Of a stretch of DNA of 64,000 bases, positions 28,077 to 41,381 are shown in pieces. A model generated the notes under the pieces. That model saw nothing but the letters and a program-made list of their open reading frames with translations, had not been told where the DNA came from and did not search any database. Source of the DNA: Eledone cirrhosa (lineage: Eukaryota); the NCBI GenBank assembly GCA_964016885.1, contig OZ024742.1, positions 281,418,001 to 281,482,000 on the forward strand, written 5' to 3'. How positions within the stretch are numbered: the first letter of the stretch is position 1; each line of letters begins with the position of its first letter. Made by a program: the position numbers and the translations under genes.

Positions 28077-29036
28077 GGGGGGTGTATATATATATATATA
28101 TATATATATAAATTAATAAAAACAATGAATAAAAACAAAGAAATAGTTCCTTATATTAAAAAATTCATCATTTTACGATCGTTTCTAGGATATATATGTG
28201 TGTGTTGGTCTGTATATCATATAGATCTATGTAAAATTTTTACAAACTATCAGAGGAAATATACATACCTACACATTTATATGCTGTCTTCAGAAATAAG
28301 TTTCCTGTGATTTTCATCGAAAAAATTTTTGAATACATCTTCTCTTTTCATGATATTTGGATTACATTGAGTTCTTCATTCGGATTGGACACTACCGTAT
28401 ATCTTGGTAGATTTATCTATGTATATATATATATATATTGAGCTAAAACTCAGAGTAGTCTCTTACAATTAAATAGCTCTAAGAAAAAAGCTTTTTCCGA
28501 GCCGTACAATATAATTGAATAAACAAGAGAGATGAACACTAATATTAACATACATGTGTTCGAATTGTAAGGACCAAATTTGCCAGGGTGAAAAAATACT
28601 AACTACTGCAATATGGTTTGTTATCCTTAACTTTAAATATTAAATTAAGAAAAATTAAAAATAAGAACAGCCCTATATTGGGCAAAACGCCTGGTAACAA
28701 CTAGACAGTATCGGAGACTGTTCGCAACATCTTATTAAGGAAGGTTCTCACGTTTCTCTGCTCCTCAGTAGTTGTTGAGAAATTAGTAATCATTTGACTT
28801 CTAAAAATATTAGAGAATGAATTGTCCGCGATATCAATTATCGCATGTGTCATTCGGAATCCAGCTTGTCTCAAAATTCCCTGCCGTTAAAAGTAGCAAC
28901 CTGGCTGACAGGACATTAAAAATTAGCTCTACGTGATGGAGCCGATAAATATATATTGAGTTAAGAACTCAGAGTAGTCTCTTACAATTAAATAGCTCTA
29001 AGAAAAAAGCTTTATATATATATATATATATATATA

Positions 29037-29237
29037 TAACGAAGGGCTTGTGGTAAGGAACCAGATGGACCATAACGCACCAGAGTACTCAATACTTAGG
29101 GTAGTAGAGTGGGTAATAGGAGAGAGAAAGTATGAGCCCGACGGCAGAGCTCAAGCCGTTTCGACGGCTATTTCTGAGTGCAGAAATAGCCGTCGAAACG
29201 GCTTGAGCTCTGCCGTCGGGGTCATATTTTCTCCTAT
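29037..29237. mobile_element. Family B palindromic PLE-type terminus in (TA)n
   Basis: Arms around ..TATTTCTG agtg CAGAAATA..; one-sided tail. Confidence 0.8.
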
Positions 29238-29238
29238 A

Positions 29239-29269
<31 letters not shown>

Positions 29270-29578
29270 GTATATATAAATTAATAAAAATAATGAATAA
29301 AAACAAAGAAACAGTTCCTTATAATAAAAAATTCATCATTTTACGATCATTTCTAGGATATATATGTGTGTGTTGGTATGTATATCATATAGATCTATGT
29401 AAAATGATTACAAACTATCAGAGGGAATATACATACCTACACATATATATGCTGTCTTCAGAAATATATATATATATATATTTATTATAGAAAAAGGCTT
29501 CTACAGGACGGGAACAGTTTCATTTGGAAGAAATCATCAGGAAGCTATTTCTATATTAAATATTTATACCGCCTCTAT

Positions 29579-29668
<90 letters not shown>

Positions 29669-29755
29669 GAAAAATTTGAACAGGAACAAAACAGAGAGGC
29701 AGTACAACGAATGTTTATTAATTTCACGCTCTGGAGAGTGGGGTGTTGGTGGGGA

Positions 29756-29787
29756 ACGACGTTTCGGGCATAAGCCCTTCCTCAGGT
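29756..29787 (-). ncRNA. Canonical-core minimal hammerhead in a pseudo-LTR fragment (29665-30085)
   Basis: Minus strand: AC-CTGAGGA-AGGGC ttat GCCC-GAAA-CG-TC-GT. Confidence 0.7.
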
Positions 29788-30083
29788 GAGAAGTGTGTGG
29801 GAACAGAGTTCAAAGGGTGTGTAGGGGAGTGGTGGAGAGACATATAGCGAAAGGAAACGGTGCGAATGAAAAAAAAAAAAATAATAGTAAAAATAAAGCA
29901 TGATCAAAATACAAGGAATGAAATAAATTTAAATAGGCAAAGAATCATATACGGAAATAAACAAGTACAGTAACAAAATCAAACAGAGGTAATGCGTGGA
30001 AGGAAAGACCAAGTGTGGGAAGGTGTGTAAAGTTCGGAGAAAGGTCACGGCGGATTAGATCGGGGTTGAGCCGGTAGTTAAGT

Positions 30084-30116
<33 letters not shown>

Positions 30117-30214
30117 CAGAATAGAGGCGGTAAGAAACAGTTGGTCCAATGGTCACCAGAGTACTCGATTTGGGGGATAGTAGAATGGGTAATATGAAAA
30201 ATATATATATATAT

Positions 30215-30697
30215 ACTGTGTTTATTCATTTGTTTTGCATGATTACTTATCTGAAAATATCTGTTGAAGCAGATATTGTTATGCTTTGCGAGGGTTATGC
30301 TGCCAATATAAACACATGCACCTGTCGATTTTCACTTCAATTTATTATAAATTTCCGGCTGGTTGGCTGGTTGGCTGGTTAGTTCGACAACCGGATGGTT
30401 TTTTATATACTATTAAAGTTATTTCGTCACACATTATGTGACTGTGTTTTTATTTTGTGTCCCTGCTTTGTTCTGTCCTACACCAAAAGAAGGTGGTCTA
30501 GGACAGAACAAAGGAAAAACATAAAATAAAAACCGAATAATTGAGGAGGTTACTGAATGTGTGATGAAAGAGCTTTGACAAAATGTACACCCACCCGGTT
30601 ATCGAACCAACCAACCAAACGGAAATTTATAATAAATCGAAGTGAAATCCAAGAGGTGCATGCGTTTTTTATTGGCAGCATGACCCTCCCAAAGTAT

Positions 30698-30705
<8 letters not shown>
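30215..30705. repeat. Old, diverged fold-back element in (TA)n
   Basis: Arms ~30273-30484 / 30492-30705, with an extra tail on the left arm. Confidence 0.7.
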
Positions 30706-30771
<66 letters not shown>

Positions 30772-30774
30772 ATA

Positions 30775-31908
30775 ACTTTGAATATCTTTGAAATGTTTTG
30801 GCCAGTATTGGCCCAGGCCATGTCTAACTTAATAGCACCACCTGGCGAAGTCTTTCAATTCAGGATTTGGGCACCATGGCCAATTCGAGAAGAGAATAAC
30901 TGTTTGCGGAGACATATCCGGGTGTGGGTGGTTTGTCCGGGATTACTTGGAGGAATTTGTCCAAAAACTTCTTGAATTTTGTGTGGTCAGTTTCTGTTTT
31001 GACGTGTCCTGGTAGGATGTTGAAGAGAGCACTGCCAATTGAGGTGAAATAATTGTGCCGTATTGTTGTTATGAGTTGCGATTTAGATTTTTGTTTGGGA
31101 CGGATAGCACGAGGCCCAAGCCTTGGGTGTATCTTGAAGGTGATGCCAACATAATTTGGGCAGTGCTGATGAAACATTTTCCACATCATGCAGATAATAT
31201 AACGCTCACGGCGACGTAGGAGTGAATAGAGTTTCAGCTTTTCTAGTCGACCCCAGTAGTCAAGGTCTGACATGCCATCTATCTTTTTCGTGATTGCCCT
31301 TTGGGACCTTCAAGTTTCATGATACTTTCTCTCGTGTGGGGAGACCACAGTGGACAACAGTATTCAAGGTGTGGTCGGGCAAAAGTGGAGAAGAGAAGGA
31401 CAATGGTGTGGGAATCTCTCGACTGGAAGGTTCTGAGGATCCAGGAACACATTCTGCGGGCCATGTCAACTTTGCTGCTTATATGCGTGGCCCAGCTTAT
31501 GTTGCTGTCCACGGTTACTCCCAAGTCTCTGATGTTGTTAGATGCCACGAGAGTTTCACCGGAGAGGAGGGAGTACGGGAGTTTCAGAGCATCCTCTTTT
31601 CCAAAGTGGATCAGTTCGAATTTGTCTTCGTTCAGTAACATGTTGTTCTTTTCCGCCCATTTGGTAACAGCCAGTAGGTCTGACTGAAGGCTTATCCGGT
31701 CATCCACGCCATTGATGACCTTTTGGAGCTTGGAATCATCAGCGAAAATTCTAATGTTGCTGTGTTTGATGATGTCAGTGATGTCATTAATATAGATGAT
31801 GAAGAGAAGTGGGCCCAACACAGTGCCTTGTGGGACCCCACTATTGACTTTGGCTGGGATGGATTTGACTCCTTCGACTACAATATGTTGGGTTCTGTTT
31901 GACAGGAA
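30775..31908 (-). mobile_element. 5'-truncated CR1-group (CR1/L2/Daphne-like) LINE, RT C-terminal part, frameshifted
   Basis: GVPQGTVLGPLLFIIYINDI, IFADDSK, RPHLEYC and KLYSLLRRRERY in ORFs 31279-31821 and 30860-31273. Flanked by GAATA at 30770 and 31906. Confidence 0.9.
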
Positions 31909-31929
31909 TAGAAGCGGTATAAATATTTA

Positions 31930-32102
31930 AGAGGATGTGACAAGGCTGGCCTTTGAATTACAAGTAAAACTCGTTACAGTAAGGTGGGCTGGAGTAATAT
32001 GAAATAGAGTGCCTTGCTCATGAACACAACGCACCGCCAATAATTGGGCTTACGACCTTACGGTAGTGAGCTGAACATATCAACTCTGAAACCACGCGAC
32101 TT
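31930..32102 (-). mobile_element. Decayed tRNA-derived SINE
   Basis: Minus strand has a tRNA-like head followed by GTGTTCATGAGCAAGGCAC, a common SINE core motif. Confidence 0.5.
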
Positions 32103-32125
32103 TGCTGTCACTCACACACAGACAC

Positions 32126-32181
<56 letters not shown>

Positions 32182-32287
32182 TAATAAATGTTTCTTCGTA
32201 CTTCAACAAATGTTGCCTAGTTTGCCATGATATCCTGTTTATATATATATATATATAAGATCAAAAGATAGTTAAAAGAGTTCCATG

Positions 32288-32356
32288 TATTTTATTATGC
32301 GCATTTCAAAAACAAATATCATCAGGCAATAATATTTGTTTTCATCAGATAAAATA
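32288..32356 (-). ncRNA. Type I hammerhead ribozyme (family A-like)
   Basis: Minus strand: TATTTTAT-CTGATGA-AAACAAATAT..ATATTTGTTTtt-GAAA-TGCGCATA-ATAAAATA; palindromic stem III ATGCGCAT. Confidence 0.8.
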
Positions 32357-32435
32357 GGAAGACATGATATGAAGGTTAAAAAACACTTGTGAATAGTGCA
32401 GTTTTAAATCAAAATAGGAAAAGTAGTTTTAGATT

Positions 32436-32790
32436 GATGTGTGATATTGGGGAAAAAAATGTTGAGGGGGGGGGGGGGGAGAATGAAAAGAGGAGGAGAT
32501 GAGAGTAAAAAGTGGAGGGAGGACGAGTATAATGAGGAAGGATGAGATAGGAGGAGAGATGGGTGATAGAGAGAGAGAGATAGCTTTTGTAACTGAGAAA
32601 AATATATTGTTTTACAGAGAGAGGTTGAAAAACGATATATTTTTCTCAGTTATAAAAGCCATCTCTCCTCCTATCTCATCCTTCCTCATTATACTCCTCC
32701 CCCTCCACTTTTCACTCTCATCTCCTCCTCTTTTTCATCCTTTCCAACACCCCCCCCCCCTCAACATTTTTTTTACCAATATCACACATC
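32436..32790. repeat. Inverted repeat (purine-rich arm and pyrimidine-rich arm)
   Basis: 32436-32613 versus 32628-32790. Confidence 0.8.
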
Positions 32791-33206
32791 AGGTTGTCGA
32801 GAACAATACATAGGCCAGACCAAAACCAGCCTCCGCCAACGCATGACTGTCCATGGATCCCAAATTAAAATACGGGAATACAGGAAAATACCACTGAGTG
32901 AACACATTGATACCTGTGCCGCCCAAAATCATCCCAACTTCAGAATATTTCCCCTCTACAAATTTAAAGATAATGCCACCCACACCCAGCGCATCAGCAA
33001 GGAATCTTACTTCATTAACAAATACGGACTCCGTCTAAACACTTCTCCCTAAGACGAACCCACAACATACACACGTCAACATACATACCTACATCAGCAC
33101 ACATCTCTACCACATATAAACACAATGACATATACGTAAACACACATGCTCTATGGTGCAACACAAAAAAATATATGTGTATATATATATATATATATAT
33201 AGTGAA

Positions 33207-33270
<64 letters not shown>

Positions 33271-33384
33271 ATATCATTTCACACCTTTTATTGTTAAGAT
33301 TTTTGATGTTCTATTAGGAGACCCGATTTTACTGAAAAAATCGAATAATATACACCATTTTACCAGGGGGAAAAAAATACTGGT

Positions 33385-33460
<76 letters not shown>

Positions 33461-33653
33461 TCTCACACACACACACATATATACACACATACACACGCGT
33501 ACATAAACATACAAAGAGACTTATACACACACACACACACACACTTCTCCGTATAAGACAAAAGCTGAAAAATATCTTTTGACCTGCTAAAATACCCCCC
33601 ACTGCTTACAGACACATTCCTACTGACCATCCCTGCTACCACGAATTACTCTG

Positions 33654-33751
<98 letters not shown>

Positions 33752-34370
33752 ATCTTAATAGCCATTTGACACACATCCCTGCTAACCATTATCACAACAT
33801 CGAACATGTTACTACTACTACACACACACACACATATTTGTTGTGAAAGAGTCATTTCTCAGTCTTGGCGCAAAATCAATTTTTTATTCACATGACCTCT
33901 ACCAACCAATCAAAATTGTTTTGACCCCAAGCATTTTTGCAAACACCAAGTAGCGCTGGAGCCACTTTTTTAACATAAAAACAGTCTTGGCGCAAAATCA
34001 ATTTTTTACATTCACATGACCTCCACCGACCAATCAAAATTGTTTTGACCACAAGAATTTTTGCAACACCAAACTAGCGCTGGAGCCACTTTTTTAACAT
34101 AAAAAGAGGTAGAATTCCCAAAACTAATCAGATCAGAGCAAACAACACGGACACTCTATCTCAAAATTATTTGTGAAAAGCATTTAGAAATGCGCAACCG
34201 GTAAAAACTTAAAAACTTAAAACCACAACTGAATACTAACCCATACAATTACTAATACTCTTTTATTCCTAATTAAACCATTTTTCAACTCTGAACAATT
34301 TGTCAGCATTTTCTATTCCGTTTACCAATATATAATAACTTGTGTGTTACACCTCTATTCTTTTAACTAT
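32791..34370 (+). mobile_element. 5'-truncated PLE family D copy (GIY-YIG C-terminus plus 3' UTR/pseudo-LTR and tail)
   Basis: ORF 32843-33052 is nearly identical to the C-terminus of 61755-63119; the UTR is collinear with 60730-61755. Confidence 0.9.
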
Positions 34371-34373
34371 ATA

Positions 34374-34417
<44 letters not shown>

Positions 34418-34418
<1 letters not shown>

Positions 34419-34771
34419 TAGAAAATGAGGTTTTTTTTTACAAAATGAAAAATAACCGAGGTGTCCTACACGAGTGAAAGTATAAAGAAACAAATATGAA
34501 ATCGAAAATGCAACTGGGGTCTTATTTTTAAAATAATATATATATATTTATTTTGTTCCTTTACCGGTTTCGCAGTTCTTCTGCTTTTCAAAAGTAGAGT
34601 TGAGATGGAGGGTCTGTGGTTTTTCTCACATCAGATGTGAGAAAAACCACAGACACTCCATCTCAACTCTACTTTTGAAAAGCAGAAGAACTGGGAAACC
34701 GGTAATGGAACCAAATAAATATATTTAAAAAAAAAAAGACTCCAGTTGCATTTTCGATTTCATCTTTTTTT

Positions 34772-34779
<8 letters not shown>
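34418..34779. mobile_element. Family C palindrome, second copy, with U3-A8 HHR at 34558-34595(-)
   Basis: Homologous to 10762-11119; centre CTCACATCAGATGTGAG. Confidence 0.85.
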
Positions 34780-34808
<29 letters not shown>

Positions 34809-34812
<4 letters not shown>

Positions 34813-35162
34813 TAAACGGAAAAGAAAATGCTGACAAATTGTTCACAGTGAAAAATATTTTAATTAGGAATAAGTGAAAATTAGTAATAGTTTTGGTTAG
34901 TGTTCAGTTTTGGTTTAAAGTTTTACCGGTTGCGCATTTCTAATGCTTTTCAAAAATAATTTTGAGATAGAGCGCCCGTGATGTTTGCTCTAATCTGATT
35001 AGTTTTGGAAATTCTACCTGTTTTATGTGAAAAAAGTGGCTCCAGATGTATTAAAATAAGTTTCGCGCCAATTCGTGTTGCAAAAATTGTTGTGGTCAAA
35101 ACAACTTTGATTGGTTGGTAGAGCTCATGTGAATGTTAAAAATTGATTTTGCGCCAAATGTA
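34809..35162 (-). mobile_element. Solo pseudo-LTR of PLE family D, with variant HHR at 34921-34956
   Basis: Reverse-complement homolog of 34000-34330; flanked by (TA)n. Confidence 0.8.
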
Positions 35163-35204
35163 GGTTTGTGACGGCATATATATATATATATATATATATA
35201 CATA

Positions 35205-35246
<42 letters not shown>

Positions 35247-35339
35247 CTCATATATATAAATATATATATACATACTCATATATATATATATATATATATG
35301 CATACATATATATATATATACATATATACATATATATAC

Positions 35340-35388
<49 letters not shown>

Positions 35389-35395
35389 AATATAC

Positions 35396-35487
<92 letters not shown>

Positions 35488-36954
35488 TATAATATACTAT
35501 ACTATAATATACTATACTATACATGTGTGTTTAGGTGCATGTGTGTCTTTGGGTGTGTGTGTATGTCTGTTTGTGTGTGTGTGGACGTTTATATACCCTT
35601 TAAATGGACATGTTTGTAGATAAGAAATGTTAATAGAAGAGCGAAGACAAAAAAAGTAGATATTATATGGTGTAGAATGAAAGCTGATAACTCGACACAC
35701 ATCTAAAGAAATATATGGTGTATTTGCGTATGCTTTTGTGTGTATGCATGTATACTGTTCAATAGTTGTAAGTATATGTGTTTACCAGTTGTGCTGGGAG
35801 CGGGAAACTAAGTAATTAATTGTGCTCCCACCTATACCATTTTAAAACAAAATGAGATAAAAATGATAGATAATAGAAACAGAGGCAAATTGAATTAAGA
35901 AATAGAAAACAGAAGGGAAAATAGAGCGTGTTAAACGGAAAAAGCAACAGAGAAGGTTATATGTGTGTGTATGGTGGGTGTGTACATACATACGCACGTA
36001 CGTACATACCTATATATATATATATACAAACATGGATACATTCATACATATATACATACATAGATACGTACCTTCATACATACATACATACGTTCAGTCA
36101 TACATACATACAAACATACGTACATACATACATACATACAAACATGCATACACACATACATACGTACCTTCATACATACATACATACACACGTACGTACC
36201 TTCATATATACATACATACATATATACATACATACATATATAAATACATACATGCATACAAACATATAAGCATGCATACATGCAAACATACATGCATACA
36301 TACATGCATACATACATGCATACATACATACATACATGCATACATACATACAAGCATACATGCATGCATACATGCAAACATACATGCATACATATATACA
36401 TACATACATACGTGCATACATATATACATACATACATTCATAAATAAATATATACGGTAAGAATGAAGGGAAAGGCGAAGGGTTTTAACTAAAAAAAAAA
36501 ACTATCGTAAATATATATATGACAGGAGTAGAAAGCGGAACCACCTTTTTCTATTCTTTTTCCTAAATTTTATTTTTCCACATTCTTTGCAATCTCCCTA
36601 CCATTTCTCTTTTAGTCTCGGAGCTTCCCTTTTTAAAGCATCTTTGGGCGGGGATGTAAGAAAGTGTGCGTTATTTTTCGTATTTTTCTGGGGATAGTAA
36701 GAGACGAGTAGAGGATTTTTGCATTTCTGTTTTAGTTGTAAACCCTTTATTTTGCTTATCACAGTGGCAATTTGCTTTGATTTATTATTTCTTTCTTTAT
36801 GTGTTTGTAAAAATGTTTTGCTGTATACATCTGTCTCCTTTTTTTTGTAGCTATACATACATATATATATACTTGCATACATACAAACATACAAACATAC
36901 ATACATACATACATACATGCATACATACCTACCTACCTACCTACATACATACAT

Positions 36955-39115
36955 GGTGGCTGCCAACTCGTTTTCGAGTACGGCCACTACTTTATATCCA
37001 TGTAGGAGAACTCATACCGATGCGCTGAACGAGTGTGACATTTTAGTCCAGCCAGCGACTTGAAAACTCTGGTACAAACACTACACTTGTGACAATTATT
37101 GACACATAGTGCTGGGCCCATGGTACCATGTGACGACAAGTGCAGAGAGATCTCCAGATACAAAGCAATGCCTGTGCCGTGAAGCTTTTATAGTGAGCAA
37201 AGGCACTGCACAAAGCCAGACCCACTCTCTTAACCAAGATGATATTTACCAAAAAGAAGAACAAGTCAACATCATTGGATACCATCAGAGTTGCAGGTGT
37301 TATATCAGAGTTTTCCTTCTCCTAGAATTCTGCCTTGACACAGGCTAAGGGGTCATCTCTCCCGGTGATTTTGGATTACCATTGACTCTTAAGAGCTCAT
37401 TTGCCCTTTGACAGGTTTTGTTTTTAGTCCTGCAGGATGTCCAAAGTCACCCTCCTCACCAAGAAACCTTGGTGGAGTTGCCAGTTTAGTCGCCAACGAC
37501 CCGACCATGAGACAGGTTGTACAGGGATACATGTTACCAGTAGCACCAACTGGTGACCTGACATAAATACATACATACATACATACATACATACATACAT
37601 ACATACATACATACATACATACATACATACATACATACATGGTGGCTGCCAACTCGTTTTCGAGTACGGCCACTACTTTATATCCTGCAGGATGTCCAAA
37701 GTCACCCTCCTCACCAAGAAACCTTGATGGGGTTGCCAGTTTAGTCGCCAACGACCCGACCATGAGACAGGTTGTACTGGGATACATGTTACCAGTAGCA
37801 CTAACTGGTGACCTGACATATGACCATACATACATACATACATACATACATACATACATACATACATACATACATGGTGGCTGCCAACTCGTTTTCGAGT
37901 ACGGCCACTACTTTATATCCATGTAGGAGAACCCCTACCGATGCGCTGAACGAGTGACTTTTTAGTCCAGCCAGCGACTTGAAAACTCTGGTACAAACAC
38001 TGTACTTGTGACAATTATTGGCACATAGTGCTGGGCCCATGGTATCATGTGACGACAAGTGTAGAGAGATCTCCAGATATAAAGCAATGCCTGTGCCGTG
38101 AAGCTTTTATAGTGAGCAAAGGCACTGCACAAAGCCAGTCCCACTCTCTTAACCAAGATGATATTTACCAAAAAGAAGAACAAGTCAACATCATTGAATA
38201 CCATCAGGGTTGCAGGTGTTATATCAGAGTTTTCCTTCTCCTAGAATTCTGCCTTGACAAAGGCTAAGGGGTCATCTCTCCCGGTGATTTTGGATGGCCA
38301 TTGACTCTTAAGAGCTCCTTTGCCCTTTGACAGGTTTTGTTTTTAGTCCTGCAGGATGTCCAAAGTCACCCACCTCACCAAGAAACATTGGTGGGGTTGC
38401 CAGTTTAGTCGCCAACGACCCGACCATGAGACAGGTGACCAGTTGGTGCTACTGGTAACATACATACATACATACATACATACATACATACATACATACA
38501 TACATACATGGTGGCTGCCAACTCGTTTTCGAGTACGGCCACTACTTTATATCCATGTAGGAGAACCCCTACCGATGCGCTGAACGAATGTGACTTTTTA
38601 GTCCAGCCAGCGACTTGAAAACTCTGGTACAAACACTACACTTGTGACAATTATTGACACATAGTGCTGGGCCCATGGTACCCTGTGACGACAAGTGCAG
38701 AGATCTCCAGATATAAAGCAATGCCTGTGCCGTGAAGCTTTTATAGTGAGCAAAGGCACTGCACAAAGCCAGTCCCACTCTCTTAACCAAGATGATATTT
38801 ACCAAAAAGAAGAACAAGTCAACATCATTGGATACCATCAGGGTTGCAGGTGTTATATCAGAGTTTTCCTTCTCCTAGAATTCTGCCTTGACAAAGGCTA
38901 AGGGGTCATCTCTCCCGGTGATTTTGGATGGCCATTGACTCTTAAGAGCTCCTTTGCCCTTTGACAGGTTTTGTTTTTAGTCCTGCAGGATGTCCAAAGT
39001 CACCCTCCTCACCAAGAAACCTTGGTGGGGTTGCCAGTTTAGTCGCCAACGACCCGACCATGAGACAGGTTGTACTGGGATACATGTTACCAGTAGCACC
39101 AACTGGTGACCTGAC
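36955..39115 (-). mobile_element. Array of four non-autonomous RTE-derived elements separated by (CATA)n
   Basis: Units are 36955-37562, 37641-37817 (internally deleted), 37876-38460 and 38510-39115. RTE 5'-UTR-like GGAGAAGGAAAACTCTG motif; the 3' end encodes CSVCTRVFKSLAGLKSHIRSAH. Confidence 0.85.
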
Positions 39116-39197
39116 ATAAATACATACATACATACATACATACATACATACATACATACATACATACATACATACATACATACATACATACATACAT

Positions 39198-39291
39198 GAT
39201 GGCTGCCCGCTCGTTATCGTGTATGGCCATTGCACGAGAAGAAAAATAAATAAAATAAAATAAAAAAAATAAATAAAATAAAATAAAATAA

Positions 39292-39327
<36 letters not shown>

Positions 39328-39537
39328 ATAAAAAAAAAAAGAAATATATATATATATACATACATACATATATACATACACACATACATACACATACACA
39401 CACATATACACACACACATAGATTAATAACAATAATAATAATAATAATAATAATAATAGCAATAATAATAATAACGACAACAACAATAATAATATACATA
39501 TTCATATATATATACACACACACGCACGCACATAAGC

Positions 39538-39575
<38 letters not shown>

Positions 39576-41381
39576 TAGCAACTAACAGTGTTGCGATCGA
39601 ATGTGGCTTTTTAGCCCAGCCAATGATCTAAAATGTCTTGCACAGAGTCGGCAACCAAAACATTCACTGGGAATAGTCGGCTGTGGTTGGAGTTCGTGTA
39701 CTTTTGCATGTCGCTTGAGCCCTCCTGCTGATTTACATTCTCTACCACATGTTTGGCAGGCATGATGAGTAGCATCTCCAACAGCAGCCTGGTAGTCAAC
39801 CACTGGTCTTACTTTATGACTGCGAAGATGACTTTCGAGTCCAGCTTTGCTTAGGCAGAGTCTCGCACAGACGCTGCATGTCAGCACCATAGGAGGACCC
39901 TCGCCGTCTGGAAGTGCAACAGCAATGCCCTTCCTCACATCCCGCTTTACTTTCTCGTGTGCGATTCGAGATGCCTCAAAGGCAACTTTTCCCTCATATA
40001 CAGTTTTTTCTCCATTTATTACGATCAGCAGCAACATTTTCCCATGTATCAGCAGAGATGTTAGCGTCTTTCAGAGAGGCTTTCAAGGAATTCTTATACC
40101 TCTTATTTGGTTTATGTGGCGGTCGTTTTCCTTTAACCAACTCTCCATAGAAGAGTTGTTTTGGTATTCTAGAATCCTTCATCCTGGCAAGGTGACCACT
40201 CCAACGGAGTCGTTGCTTAAGCACAAGAGCTTCTATACTGTCACACATAGAGCTTTCCAAAATCTCGACATCACTGATGTGGTCCCTCCAGTGAACGCCA
40301 TGGATCCGTCTGAGACACATCTGATGGAAACGCTCCAATTGTTTAAGGTGGTGTCGATATATGACCCAGGTCTCGCAGGCATAAAGAAGACAAGAGAGTA
40401 CACATTCCCTGTACACCCTTACCTTTGTCCCTCTGCATATGTATCGCCGACCCCAGAGTCGCCTTTCTAGCTTTTCGAAAGCATCACTTGCTTTCCTAAT
40501 CCTAAGTGAGGTTTCACTGTCAAGGTTGACAGTGCTTCCCAGGTAGACAAACTGATCAACCACTCCAAGTCGTTAGCCATACACATAGATGTTTGGTTCA
40601 GTGTACTGCTTACTAGGAGCAGGTTGGTACATGACGACGGTTTTCTTGAGACTGACAGTCAAACCCAGGGCAGTGCAAGCGTCAGAAAATGCATTCAAAA
40701 TGTGCTGCATATCACTCTCTGTGTGCGCTACAAGATCGCAATCATCTGCATACAAGAGGTCTCTCATGATTGATGTAAATACTTTTGACTTCGCAGCAAA
40801 GCGCCTGATGTTAAATATGCTGCCTGAGGTTCGATATCGGATGTAAACACCATGCTCGCAATTCCTGAATGCAATACAGAAAACCATTGCAAAGTATATG
40901 GCAAATAGGGTCGGTGCTGGAATATGCCCCTGTTTCACTCCATTTTTTACTGAGATAGGCTCCGACATGTTACCTCCGACATTAACCCAAGCCTTCATGT
41001 CGTCATGGAAAGACCTAACTAAAGCAAGGAACTTATCAGGGCAACCAAGTTTCTGGAGAACCTTCCATAATGCATCTCTGTTGACAGTATCGAAAGCCTT
41101 TGTCAGATCGACAAAAACCTTATACAGATCCAAGCCTTGTTCAATGCACTTCTCCTGGAGCTGTCTAGCTGAGAAGATCATATCAGTAGTGCCGCGTCCA
41201 GCACGAAAACCAGATTGACTTTCAGGAAGAACACAATCCGCAATGTGTGTCAGCAGACGGTCCAGAAGCACCCTACATAAAACTTTCCCTACGACAGAAA
41301 GCAAGGATATACCTCTGTAGTTCCCACAATCATTCCTGTTACCCTTTCCCTTGTACAAGACCACCATTACTGCATCTCTCC
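39198..41381 (-). mobile_element. 5'-truncated RTE-clade LINE (RT plus three C-terminal C2H2 fingers), frameshifted
   Basis: NYRGISLL, QSGFRAGRGT, FVDLTKAFD, LLYADD, RLRWSGHLARM and fingers CSVC/CQTC/CRLC in ORFs 40573-41403, 39994-40563 and 39582-40037. Confidence 0.95.
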
